Positions 42,613 to 56,418 of a stretch of 64,000 nt of DNA are shown piece after piece (the first letter of the stretch is position 1; every line of letters starts with the position of its first letter). The DNA comes from Octopus vulgaris (Eukaryota). The DNA lies in the NCBI GenBank assembly GCA_951406725.2, contig OX597817.1:87234001-87298000 (forward strand). Reading direction: 5' to 3'. A program made the translations under genes and the position numbers. The notes below the pieces were generated by a model, which saw only the letters and a program-made list of their open reading frames with translations, searched no databases and was not told the DNA's origin.

Positions 42613-42615
<3 letters not shown>
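41358..42615 (-). mobile_element. Near full-length Tc1/mariner DD37D (maT-like) transposon, transposase pseudogene
   Basis: HTH (GVNLRTVQRIRKEL..DPSKSIRTIARDM), ..DQMVNTQNNRWLA, IMVFGVMTSDG, WQQDSAPCHT, WSPNSPDCNHLDYYVWGAV; imperfect TIRs CAGGGTGCG..TAAATTGTC / GATAATTTA..CGTACCTTG within TA runs. Confidence 0.92.
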
Positions 42616-42661
<46 letters not shown>

Positions 42662-42964
42662 TTAATAATTGGTACGACTCTCTGTTTGTCTCTCTCTCTC
42701 TCTCATTTTTACTTGATCTGTCCCCCTCTCTCTCTTTTCTCTCTACTCATCCTCTTTTTCTCTTCTCTTTCCTCTGATTCTTTGGTCTAGTCTTCCACTA
42801 CCCTCCTATTTCTTTGTCTCGCTCTGCACTCACAGGTCATTCTTCGACACCCATCCCTTCTCCTCTCTGATTCCTTCTTTCTCTCTCTTCTCTCTCTTTG
42901 TTGCGTTTGTCCCTCTCTCTCTCTCTCTTCCTTTGCTTCTCTTTCTTTTCTTTTCCCTCTTCTC

Positions 42965-43450
42965 TGTCACGTGACTGTTGGCCGAAATCTGCCTTTCAGC
43001 TCCTGACCCTCGTCGTGTTAACATCGTTGTTTTTCGTCCGCCGCTATAAAGGCTTCTTCCAATGCGCCAGAGAAAAAATTTGTTTGCTTGTTATCAGTCG
43101 TAAGACACTTGTTGTTTTCACCGTTAATGCTTCTGTATTTCATGTTTCTGTATTCCATTATTGTTTTTTGTTTTTTTTATATCTGTCCCTTTTGCTGTCC
43201 TGGTGTTCGTATGCATTCGATCCTTCTTCCAGGAAATCTACGCTTCCAGCTTAGTTTTTCTAATGCTCGTTGCTTAGTTTTTCTTGGAGGGCTGGCCGTG
43301 ATCTAGTAATCTCAAGATTAATCAGCCGAAATTACTACGATGATCCGGTTCTTGACTGAAGACTGAGGGTTTCGAATGTCCTGTCCATGTTTATTGTATC
43401 GTCTTCTAAGAGTTATACGTTCTTGTCCATGTTGTATTTTTCTACATACC
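42965..43450 (+). repeat. Interspersed repeat of about 450 bp, inverted homolog at 54757-55190
   Basis: Shared TCACGTGAC, ATTCGATCCTTCTTCCA.GAAATCTA and CTCAAGATTAATCAGCCGAAATT.CTACGATGATCCGGTTCTTGACTGAAGA; both copies abut (TA)n. Confidence 0.85.
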
Positions 43451-43526
43451 TTAATATATATATATATATATATATGAATAAATAGATAGATATACATATA
43501 CATATATATCTATATGCAAGCATATG

Positions 43527-43610
<84 letters not shown>

Positions 43611-43817
43611 TGTGTGTGTGTCTGTGTGTAATTTTCCCGAAACAATATATTGGCCTAACAAACATAAATTATCTTAACGGAAATATTTCTCTGATCATCT
43701 GATAAAGTAATCTGATTTTAAAGTAAAAATCTTGCATAACAGATTCTTTTATTAATCAGATTTAATGAGTTATGTGTAATATTGTACTGAATAAACGCAT
43801 AAAGATATATTCTCTCT

Positions 43818-43860
<43 letters not shown>

Positions 43861-44108
43861 AGTATACACATGCATATATTTTAATAGAGGCTGCATATAA
43901 GTTTCAAGTTCCTCTTCATATTAACTGTATTTATGCATCATTTTATATATTATGTCTCTAAATCTACTTTGATTCCACCCTACTAATTACTTATACGTAC
44001 ATAATGCATACAAATACAAATATGCACGGATGCATAAACACACTGTTTAATTATGAGATACTTATCCAAATCTATATATGTGTGTGTGTGTGTGTGTATG
44101 TGTGTGTG

Positions 44109-44109
<1 letters not shown>

Positions 44110-44190
<81 letters not shown>

Positions 44191-44247
44191 TATAGATAGA
44201 TAGATAGATAGATAGATAGGTATGTAGGTAGGTAGATAGATGGATAT

Positions 44248-44318
<71 letters not shown>
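44110..44318. repeat. (GACA)n/(GATA)n
   Basis: Direct observation. Confidence 0.95.
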
Positions 44319-44584
44319 CTTTAACAGCTTATTTCTATAAATTACGTTTAAATTTTGTCATTAATGTTGATGTCTTTTCGAAAGTAATTCATCTCTACAT
44401 CTTATCTGTTTCTGTGTACCACCGGCATTTTGTGGCACGATTTATATAAGTAAGAAAATAGATTTTAAAAAAATCTTTTTGTATTCCTGCTGACGGGATG
44501 TCACGGTGACCTTAGATTTCCATGTGCACCTCACTATCCGAAATACAAATTATATCTGAAGACAGAATGCATATATCATGCTTG

Positions 44585-44930
44585 TAAGGCGGCGACCTGG
44601 CAGAGACATTAGCACGCCGGGCGAAATGCTCAGCGGTATTTTGTCTGTCGCTACGTTCTGAGTTCAAATTCCGCCGAGGTCGACTTTGCCTTTCATCCTT
44701 TCGGGGTTGATTAAATAAGTACCAGTTACGCACTGGAGTCGATATAATCGACTTAATCCGTTTGTCTGTCCTTGTTTGTCCCTTCTATGTTTAGCCCCTT
44801 CTGTGTAAGTAAAGAAGTAGAAATAGTTATTACGTCTGCCGTTACGTTCTGAGTTCAAATTCCGCCGATATAATCGACTTAATCCGTTTGTCCATCTTTG
44901 TTTGTAGCCCCTTGTGGGCATTAAAAACCA
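44585..44930 (+). mobile_element. SINE family A plus a deleted second unit, 17-bp TSD
   Basis: GAATGCATATATCATGC at 44565-44581 and 44932-44948. Confidence 0.92.
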
Positions 44931-46740
44931 TGAATGCATATATCATGCAGAAGCGAGGTGTAGTAACTCTGGAAATGTTAAGCTAAGCAATATATCCGCA
45001 ACTGCAGGATATAGTTCAACAAAGATAATGGTCAAGAAGCATTAATATTAACTACATTCACAGAAAGTAGATGTTTTAGAGAGTACAAAATCATTATCCA
45101 AACCAATCTGCTCATACTACATTTCTAGACATGACATAAAGTTAACCATAGGTAATGGAAAACCGGAGGAGGAGTCACTATATTTTAACAAACGTTTCAA
45201 TCATCCATATTAAAAACGGTCCCATATCTCGAAGAATCCTCCGACGAAGCAACACGATTTAATAATAACATCCTGAAAGTGAGCCTGTTCAAACTATTTG
45301 AGTCCATTAAGGAAACCACTAGAAAGAACCGAAATCAAATATAAAGCCAGAAAGAAAGGCATCATCTGGTGCCCCCCCACCCCGCTGATATTCACCGCAT
45401 ATGTAGCGACAAATACGGCTAAAATACGTGCCCACACTAATCACCGAACACTTTCTAAACGACATCAGTTATTCAAAATGGACAGCGTAAAACCTGGGGG
45501 CATAACCTCCTCCCCCCACCAAATAATTACTCTATTTAATGTTTAAATAAGTAATAACTAAATATCTAGAAACACTTAGATGTAACAACGAAAGAACAAA
45601 CTCGTGACCGATAAGTGAAGATTGTCCAAAAACTGAAGTCATTGACAACACAAAATACAGTAGGAATCAAAAACCAATAAAACTATATTGTAACATGAAG
45701 TGGGACGTTTGGAACTGTATTACACATCACATTCGCAGAACATATATATTGTAGTATATTTGGAGAAAATGGAGAAAATATATTATATGATTGACAGTAG
45801 ACAACGCTATGGTTTACAGAAATGGTGGCAAGATATGCATCCTATGCGCTGCAGAATTAAATCTGGTAATAATGCAACAGATTTACTAATTCAGCAAGAG
45901 AAATAAGGTGATATCACGTTAAAGACACCATAATAATTAAATGTTATTAGAACGGCGTTCAAATTGTAAACATGATAAATATCTTGTGACATAATACCAG
46001 TTACTATAACAAAGAAACCACGGCAATGCCTTGCCAAAGACAACAATTAACGTCCACTAGATAAAATGAAATGACCAAGAAATTATACAATGAAAAACAT
46101 TGTCAATTTAGTAATACCGGAGATAAAGTTGGAAACAGAAAAAGATAAGCCCAACGGAAGGAAAATTGGAAGAAAATAGACAATCACACCACAGAGTCAA
46201 TACACACATAAAGAAAATAACAATGTAGTGACAACGGATATAATTACGCAATATACCGATGGACTAATGGAGACAAAACAACTGCTGAAATAATATCAAT
46301 GAAACGTCACAACAGACAATAACAAGACTATCACACTACCATAATATTCAGGAACTATAACATAAATATAAAGAACAGTCGCAATAGATTGTGTGCTGAA
46401 ACATCTTGAAGACTACAGTCGCGTGATAAAGACTTAAGTTTAATAAACCATCTGTTAGTATATGAGTAGGTATGCATATGTGTGCGTGTATATATATATA
46501 TATATATACGTAGACACAGAAGGGAATTAGACAGAATGAAATAGGCAACTAGCGAGAGAAAAAGAGAGGTAGAGAGGGAGGGAGCAATAAGAGCGAGATG
46601 GGATATACAGCGAATCAGAATCATATAGGTAAAGATGTATAACACCAATAAATAATTTGTACCTGAATATATAATAATAAGTGGATTACGATCAAAATAT
46701 ACCAGGTTATATCTCATTACTCGGTAGTAATAAAATGTAA

Positions 46741-46872
<132 letters not shown>

Positions 46873-47324
46873 TAATAAAAACAGTTAGTTGCAAAGCTAA
46901 ATCGTAAAGGAGAATTATAGTAGTCAACTAAACGTGACTAAGGGTGTCAAGACACATACATTGCTAGAAATAAGAGATAAAATGTCCCAATACTGTTATA
47001 AAGCTCATAACATATATTCTTATAGGGGCTGCAATCGCCCCGAATACCGAACCAAGAATTCTCTAGACCGACCATCCAGTCTCGGCTATTTCCGTAGCCA
47101 TCGTCAGTAAGGCCAACTAGTTTGGTTAATTCCGGGTTACTAACCTACCAGAACATATTATTTTCCATTGCAGATTGCTAATGTGTATACAAAACTTAAT
47201 AAGAAAAGCTAACTGCAATGTCAAACCATAATGGAGAATTACAGTCTTCAGCTAAACGTGATTATATATATATTCTTCTTTGGAATATCTCGAAGCAAAA
47301 TCACATATAAAGTTATAGAGAAGG

Positions 47325-47720
47325 ATTTCAAATTTTGGCACAAGGCCAGCAATTTTGGGTAAATGTGTAAGTCGAATTTATCGACACCAGAGTTCAACTG
47401 GTACTTATTTTATCGATCCTGCGAGATGGAATGTGAACTCAGAACGTAAAGACGGATGAACTGCCACTAAGCGTTTTGCCCGACGTGCTAACGATTCTGC
47501 CAGCTCACCTTTCTATAAAGGCACAATGCCTGAAATTTTGTGGGAGGGGAATAGTCGATTATATCGAACCCGGTGTTTCACTGGTACTTAATTTATCGGC
47601 CCCGAAAGGATGTAAAGCAAAGTCGACCTCGGCAGAATTTGAACTCAGACTGTGAAAACTGACAAAATAACGCAAGGCATTTTGCCCAGCGTGCTAACGA
47701 TTCTGCCAACTCACCGCCTT
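47325..47720 (-). mobile_element. Two tandem SINE family A copies (alternative-tail subfamily)
   Basis: Units at 47325-47510 and 47512-47720. Confidence 0.88.
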
Positions 47721-47801
47721 AGGTAAATCTACAAACAATGACATGTACAGATTACGTTGAAAAAACCACTTTGGATAATAAAAGACCTATGACGTCGACC
47801 G

Positions 47802-47871
<70 letters not shown>

Positions 47872-47873
<2 letters not shown>

Positions 47874-48775
47874 TAGCTGACGTACCTTGTAATTCCGGGG
47901 AAAGAGGAGCTTATTCGTTTGTTCAGATCTTGTTTTGCTAATCCAATAACAACAAAGCATGTAGCTCTTGAAACGGTTTTTGTGCATTTACAGAGAATAC
48001 CGAACCGTCTTACACAGGATCATGTTTTTAGGAATTCCCAATAAGTTATGAATACTCAAATTGTGAAGCCAGTTATGTAATAACAGGAAATTAGTTACCC
48101 GATAGAAAGAATTCAAATAAAGTAGCCCCGAAAAGGGCTTTAATGCGTTTCCAGAGTATATAGAACATATGAGGGAATACTAATAAGGTATGTATACTAA
48201 AATCGCGAAGCATGTTACGTAATAACAGGCTAATCAGATATGAGATAACAACTCAAAGTAAATAAGTCTGTAAAGGGATTTTGTGTGTTTCCAGAGAATA
48301 TTACCCTCAGAGGCGTTAGTGTTGGTATGTTCGTGAATAAGTCACTAACCGAAATAAGTGGATCTGTTGTTTACGAAAATACTGTTTACTTGTTTAAGGG
48401 TTGTACTGGATAAATTTCGAAAATAACCCTAACATTTCAAATACTAAGAAATAAGCATACTCAATTTCATTTTTACCGAATAATTTAGGGAAATGAATGG
48501 GTTATTTCCCTTGGCTATATATAAGAATCGCTTCCAGAGGCGAATTGGCTACTTCTCTCGGTTTTTAAAGTAAAACCTATTAGATATATGTAAGGATCCC
48601 TTCCAGGGGCCCTTTTGTCGATTTTTCAACAATCTGAGTATGCTATGAGGTTTCCAGACATGAGTTTTACTCATGTGTCAAGTTCCGTCAAAATCGATAA
48701 AACAACGTAGGAGGAGTTAGCTAATAACTCCACAAACACACCCACAGACAGAATCTCCCCCATATATATATATAC
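47872..48775 (+). mobile_element. Helentron-associated/DINE-1-like non-autonomous element (candidate)
   Basis: Begins ACTAGCTGACGTACC after (TA)n; three diverged internal repeats of about 150 bp; ends AAAATCG..GTAGGAGGAGTT..CACAGACAGA..ATATATATA. Confidence 0.5.
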
Positions 48776-49068
48776 TGAGAGGGGGAAATACACTCTCACG
48801 CACATACACACACATGCATACATATATACATCTACACAGTAAGAATGATCACTATAAAAGGTCTTTAGTAAACAATTTTATAAAAGCAAATTATTTTTAA
48901 ATGTTGGTGTATTTTCATCCTTCTCCGGTAGATATTAGATATGGATTAACATATGTAGGATGTGTGTAGGTGTCTGTGTAGGTTTGAATCTGTGATAGAG
49001 TTCACATGCAGTCATATGTACTTAGAACTGTCACGCGCATATATAAATTCCATCTTCCGTCTTTCATT

Positions 49069-49113
<45 letters not shown>

Positions 49114-49135
49114 ATCGCCCGTACTGCTATGTACA

Positions 49136-49186
<51 letters not shown>

Positions 49187-49689
49187 ATGCTCATATCTTT
49201 ATGAATTCAGAGGATCATGTAGTTATCACAAGAAGCTCCTCCTACGGAGTCAGTAATTTTGTCATGTGTCACCCTTCTATACGAAAGAGTGAATTTAGTG
49301 TGTACATTTAGAATTTGAATATTGATGCAACCGTCATGTTCTGGTCATCTGATGAGTTAGTGTTGGTTATTTGAATTAATTTGTGAATATACAACTGTTT
49401 GGTTATAATGCTGTACGTACATTAATACATAAACACATAATTTCTTGTATACTGAAATTACTGCTACATGAAAAAGTGTTGCGAAAAGGCCGTAATATGA
49501 TGGAAGACACGTGGTTAAATAAATCTATATTCGCCTCTCATACTTCCTGACTGTATATTTATATGTATGTATATTTATATGTATGTATACACACACAGTC
49601 ACATACGCTCACGTACGCGCGCACACACTCATACGCATACACATATACGCACGTACATGCACACACACACACACACACACACATTCATA

Positions 49690-50435
49690 TACAAGGTGTT
49701 GGGTTAAATTTGACGGCATTTGTGCCGCTTGCTTTCCAGAACATCTTGATGCATTGATGAACAGTCAACTGTGTTATAGAGCATAAGGATTAAGGTTGTA
49801 GTTGAGAAAACGTTAGCTGACATGGAAGACTAGAAACCATCTGAATATTGGAAAAGAGTTATCTGCATCATGAATATTCGCAACGGGCTTCACGCTGCCG
49901 ACATTAACACTGCTGCTCTATGCTCTGTAAACAATGTAAAGGCTGTAAAGCTTGACACCCACGTCATAAAAACCAAGCTCGTCCAAAATGTAATAGTCTT
50001 TGGGTGTATCACCTCTGAGGATAACGTCATGCCGCTTCAAATCTTCGAATAGGGACATCGATTCAATTCAGATGACTATTTGAAGCTGTTGGAGATTTGG
50101 TCAAATTTTGGTTAGAGATAGTCACTGCTAGAAGGCCATATGTATAGCTGCAGGGATCGGCTTCATTCCATACCTCCAGATAGTGTTACAATGATTGTCG
50201 GAGAATTTCCACGAATTCACCAGCTTCAATTTTTGCCTCGTGGTTCCCTCGGCTTCAATCCCATATAATCCCATGGATTACCGCGTATGGGGCGCGGTTG
50301 CGAAATACAGCAACCCTTCTGTCTGTAACACCAAGGCCGAGCTGGCGGCGAAGATCAATGAGACATAGTGAGGAACGCATGAAATCTTCTTGAGACCGTA
50401 GTGGATGCTGATGGTGGCTATTTTGAGTAAACTGT
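49690..50435 (+). mobile_element. Internally deleted DD37D/maT-like relic
   Basis: KTKLVQNVIVFGCITSEDNVMPLQIFE, RRPYV, ..NP..MDYRVWGAVAK; TA-CAAGGTG left end. Confidence 0.8.
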
Positions 50436-50442
50436 TATATAC

Positions 50443-50790
50443 AGCTGTGTGGTAAGAAGCTTGCTTCCTAACCACATGGTTCCGCGTTCAGTTCCACTGC
50501 GTGGTACCTTGGGCAAGTGTTTTTTACCGATCAAATATTTATGAGGGGATTTGGTAGACAGAAAAACAAAGAAACCCGTCGTGTATGTGTTTATGTCTGT
50601 GTTTGTCCTCACTAACGCTTGACAACCAATGTTGGTGTGTTTACGTCCCTAACTTAGCAGCTCAGCAAAAAGTGACCGATAGGATAAGTACTAGGCTTAA
50701 CAAAAAATTTAAGTGTTGTGGTCGATTCATTCGACGAAGTCTTCTTGAACGCGGTGTCCCAGCATAACTGCAATCTAATGACTTATCAAA
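50443..50790 (+). mobile_element. SINE family B
   Basis: GCTGTGTGGTAAGAAGCTTGCTTCC..GTTCAGTTCC..CCTTGGGCAAGTG (CORE-like). Confidence 0.9.
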
Positions 50791-50910
50791 GAAAATCTGT
50801 TAACAGATTTCCTTAGATAAGTCGTGAATTTCTTTTTAAAAAAATATTGTTGAATTTTGTTTGGTTGTTATTGTTAGCTTCACTTAATGTATATAATGTA
50901 TATTATGTAT

Positions 50911-50999
<89 letters not shown>

Positions 51000-51001
<2 letters not shown>

Positions 51002-51097
51002 TATTTACTGAATCTCATTTTTTTATATGCTAGACCACTGGTATTAAAATTGATGCTGTCAAATTAATATCCAATTTTCACCCTCATTTTGATTTTA

Positions 51098-51135
<38 letters not shown>

Positions 51136-51750
51136 TTAAATATTTTGTTTTATTTACTTATTTTAATTTTCCAGTAATGATGTACTATAGTTTGTTATTT
51201 TTTCTTGTATAAGCTAAAATATATTTCCATAGATAAAATAAATATTTCTATTCATTTTTTCTAGTTTTATTTACACCACGTTTTTAACAAGTTGAGTTCA
51301 TTATAAACACTAAGTGCCACGTATTAAGTTGAATGATTTAATTAACAGAATATATTCAATAAGATATTTCATGTTTTTATTTTAAGATATATTGTTGAAT
51401 TTTGTTCAGTTTTTATTGTAAAATTACGTATTTTTATATATATTTTTATATGTATTTATATATATTCATATACATTTTTATATATATTTTTATATATATT
51501 TATATTTTCTTATAAGATAATATATGTACATTTATTTGATTATTTTATTGTTTTTATCTTAGACCTGATGAGTGACTCTATTTAAATTGAATTGATTTTA
51601 TTGTTATCAATTTGAAAATATAGCCACGAAGCACGTGTAGTCCTTTTACTAATTATATACTATTTATTTATTATTTCGTACTTTTTGTAGGTCTAGGTAA
51701 ATGTTATGTCGTATCTTTAATTTTTTTCTATATGGTATTATTTAAATATA
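51000..51750 (+). mobile_element. Extremely AT-rich PLE-type terminal region with a hammerhead
   Basis: Starts at (TA)n and contains the motif at 51562. Confidence 0.45.
51562..51642 (+). ncRNA. Type-I hammerhead-like motif with long stem II
   Basis: GAC-CTGATGA-GTGACT..AAATTGA..TCAATTT..AGCCAC-GAAG-CACGTG-TA-GTC (A15.1>G). Confidence 0.65.
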
Positions 51751-51883
51751 TCATTGTTGAATTGCTACATGGTGGTTCTTTTCTATTTTATATACGTGTA
51801 TTATATATTGTAAAATTTGATTTAGTATTACTAAATTGAATTTTCCCTGTAAGTTTGAAATCATATTCTCTAATACTTTATAC

Positions 51884-51956
<73 letters not shown>

Positions 51957-52553
51957 GTTCAATGGAGTAGTTGATTATGGCTGGTCGGAAAATTACCATT
52001 GGTATCACGTTTATTATTGGTCTTAGCAGAATAGGCATCTCGAGAAATCTGCAGGCAGACTCATATAACCAAGTATGTAATGCATATAATTAGTCTTTAC
52101 ATACATGCACACATACATAATACATACATACACGCATACATACATACATACATACATACATACATACATACATACATACATACATACATACATACATACA
52201 TACATACATACATACATGCATGCATACATGCTTACATGACATAATTATTTATTTACTTTTTGAATATTCTCAGTTCAATGACTGCGCAGACTTAACAAGT
52301 TCATAATTCTTTTACGGGATGCAATAAAAATGATACATGTGGCTGAACCCTTGCTGGTATCAAAAGTTAATCCCTATCACTAAAACTAAAAAAATAATTT
52401 TCTAATGAAAATAATATGTAATCGTTTGAAATTATTTCCCTTTTTCTTAGACAGTACTTTATAGTACTGCAAACGTTTTGTTTTCTGTCTGCAACTCAAT
52501 GTTAAATTTGAATTTATCGAAAAAATTTTGCATACAATCTCTTCTAGATACTT

Positions 52554-52621
<68 letters not shown>

Positions 52622-52684
52622 GCATACATACACACATACATATATACATACATATATAGATATATACATATTTATATTTATGTG

Positions 52685-52728
<44 letters not shown>

Positions 52729-52847
52729 AAAAGCAATAAAGATTCAAGTTAATTTAAATGAATTAACTTGAATATGGTACCTAACTTAGATGCACCAAAA
52801 GAAAACTATACTGATTTAACAATACAGTAATGTGGGGTGATTATAAG

Positions 52848-52905
52848 CGAGAAAGAAGCAACAAGAATGGATAAAAACCTATCCATTCTTGTTGCTTCTT
52901 TCTCG
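52848..52905. repeat. Perfect 26-bp hairpin with 6-nt loop
   Basis: CGAGAAAGAAGCAACAAGAATGGATA-AAAACC-TATCCATTCTTGTTGCTTCTTTCTCG, followed by (TA)n. Confidence 0.97.
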
Positions 52906-52944
<39 letters not shown>

Positions 52945-53616
52945 ATAGAAATGTATTTGTGTATGTATGTACGTATGAACATGTATATATTTATATTCAT
53001 AGTAGTATTGTGTATGTAAAAACAAAAAAAAATTTTTTACATAAACTATAAGACTGAGTTGCGTTATAGATTTTACTTACTTTAAAGTTTTTATTTGAAA
53101 AATAAGGAAAATCGAAAAAAATACGCCTCCATATATGTTGTAAATCTGTATCACTGTAATGTAGATAAGATATAATCCTCGATTGTATGGTAAATCTTAG
53201 GAAAACATACTCAAATGTTTCATGTAAATAATCATAAAAGTAAAGAAGATATACACTCTGGAGATTGTATAAAATCCTGTTATAATGTAATAAAGCTACG
53301 ACAAAAACAAGAACAAGAATAAGAGCAGGAGCATCAACAACAAAAGCAACAACAAAGTCAACAAAAACAATGATAACAAAAATAACAGCAACAACAACAA
53401 TAATAACAACAGCAGCAGCAGCAGCAGCAATAACAACAACAACAACAACAGTAATTGCTTTTATAGTCCATGAATAAGTTTCTACACATATGAGATACAT
53501 ACAACTCTGTGTGCGTGTGTATGTATAAATCCTTTAATATTTCAAGCAGAAACAATCAAATGATATATGTATACAAAGATCATGCATGCTCATGGAAACC
53601 AAAGACATAAACATGC

Positions 53617-53689
<73 letters not shown>

Positions 53690-54021
53690 CGTGAGTATAC
53701 GTTGTGTGTGTGTATATATGTGTGTGCGGACATGTGTTTGACTATGTGTGTGCATGTGTGTGTATGTGCATGTCTACAAAAACCTTCCCTTCAATTATAG
53801 TTGCTGTATTGTTTGAGTAATAGAAATTTCATTTACAATCATTTCATGAAGAAAACCGAAATGCATCAACATTTCACAATCCGTATTTGAACCAAAGCGT
53901 CTTCGATATTTAGTTTGCCTTATATTCAAATGAGCTATTGCAATTACCTTTACAGATATATATTTACTTTCATTAAAAAATTTCTCATTAAATCATTGTG
54001 TTTAAGCACAACAAATTGCTA

Positions 54022-54750
<729 letters not shown>

Positions 54751-54756
54751 TTATGT

Positions 54757-55190
54757 AGAAAATACAAACTAGGACAAGAACGTAAAACATTTAGAAGACG
54801 ATACAAAAAACACGGACGGGACATTCGAAGCCTTCAATCTTCAGTCAAGAACCGGATCATCGTAGCAATTTCGGCTGATTAATCTTGAGATCGCTCCGAT
54901 CCTGCCAGCCCCAAGGAAAAAGTAATCTACGAGCATTAGATTTCTTGGAAGAAGGATCGAATGTATACGAAACAGGGACAGAAAAACGGACGATGCCACA
55001 CGAATATAAAATACAAAAAACAATAATGGTAAAAACAGGACAAAAACAGCGGGTGTCTTACGAATAATAAACAGTACAAGTTTAGCTGCGTATTTTGAAA
55101 AAATTCCTTTGTCGGCAGATGAAGACAACAGATGTTCTCACGGCGCTGGTCGAAGGCCAAAAAGCTGATTTTGACCAGCGGTCACGTGAC
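54757..55190 (-). repeat. Second copy of the 42965-43450 repeat
   Basis: Reverse-complement similarity; bounded by (TA)n. Confidence 0.85.
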
Positions 55191-55460
55191 ATATATATAT
55201 ATATATATTTATTTATATTAATATATATATATATATATATAATGTTATTACAAATTTGGGATTTTACCAATAGAACCGGAACTCCTATTTCAGGATATCA
55301 TTATTGTAAAGAATACATATAAAAATCTATGTCCAATAAAATAATATAAGCATTTAAAAAACACTACTATAAAATACAATATAATTATTAAAAAAATATT
55401 TGAAAAATCTATATAACTTACCTGTTATTAGTCTGTGGGGAAAAAAATATTTTTAATCAA

Positions 55461-55539
55461 CGGTACACGTGTTTCTGCGCTGGTGTGGTGTTTATAAAGG
55501 CTATACCTAATACATAATCCACCAGTGCGTCCTCCGGCT
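55461..55539 (-). ncRNA. Hammerhead-like motif (core CGGAGGA)
   Basis: Minus strand: AGC-CGGAGGA-CGCACTGGTG...CACCAGCGCA-GAAA-CACGTG-TA-CCG. Confidence 0.55.
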
Positions 55540-55590
55540 ATTTATCTTATTCTTGTTATTATTAACGGATCAAAGTTAAAAATACACATT

Positions 55591-55840
55591 ATTTATTTAT
55601 TTATTTCATTTTATTTTATCTAGTTTCAGCTCACGAGCTGTGGCTATGCTGGGGAACCGCCATTTGATGTTGCTACATGATTTTACTTCACGACTGTTTT
55701 TTAGCAATTGCCATTTGGTGCACGAGAGAGTTCGATGCAGCTGCCCTCATCTGCACCTCCTGCCGTGAAGTTGGTTCATCTGGGACACCTGACAGGAAGA
55801 GATCTAGTTTTATTTTAAAGACATCTGCATCCACCCCATA
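55591..55840 (-). mobile_element. 3' end of a CR1/L2-group LINE
   Basis: Minus strand: GVDADVFKIKLDLFLSGVPDEPTSRQEVQMRAAASNSLVHQMAIAKKQS*, then a 3' UTR and an (AAAT)n tail. Confidence 0.75.
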
Positions 55841-56339
55841 TTATAAGTCAGATTAAATAGAAAAATATGAATATGAATAAAAATATAATAAATATATATA
55901 AATTAAAAATATATTTTTTAAAAATTAATCAAATTAAAAAATAAAAAATAAAACACCTAAAATTACAATACCGATATATATAGAAAATGCTAAACCTAAG
56001 GAAACCTTGAACAACTTATATTATAAGCATATAAAATCCTACAACCTATCTATATAAACATTACAGGAATTAATAATTTACTCCTAGCTATACAAGTATA
56101 AATTAACTTCTTTTACGTCAAACGTAAGTTAATAGTATTCGATCCTTTAATAATAATAATAATAAGAAGAAGATAACCTTATTGTATGGAATACACATAG
56201 AATGTTATATCCAATAAAATAATATAAACATTTAAAGAGCTACTATAAAATGCAATGAAATTATTAAAAAAATATCTGAAAAAATATATATAACTTACCT
56301 ATTATTAGTCTTTGGGGAAAAAACATATTTTTAATCAAC

Positions 56340-56418
56340 GCTACACGTGTTTCTGCGTTGGTGGGGTGTTTATAAAGGCTATACCTAATACATAAATCCA
56401 TCAGTGCGTCCACAGGCT
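56340..56418 (-). ncRNA. Hammerhead-like motif (core CTGTGGA)
   Basis: Minus strand: GC-CTGTGGA-CGCACTGATGG...CCACCAACGCA-GAAA-CACGTG-TA-GC. Confidence 0.55.

Noticed and set aside
45050-46350. A-rich stretch, possibly the 5' part of an RLE LINE
   Set aside because: Too degraded to cite motifs.
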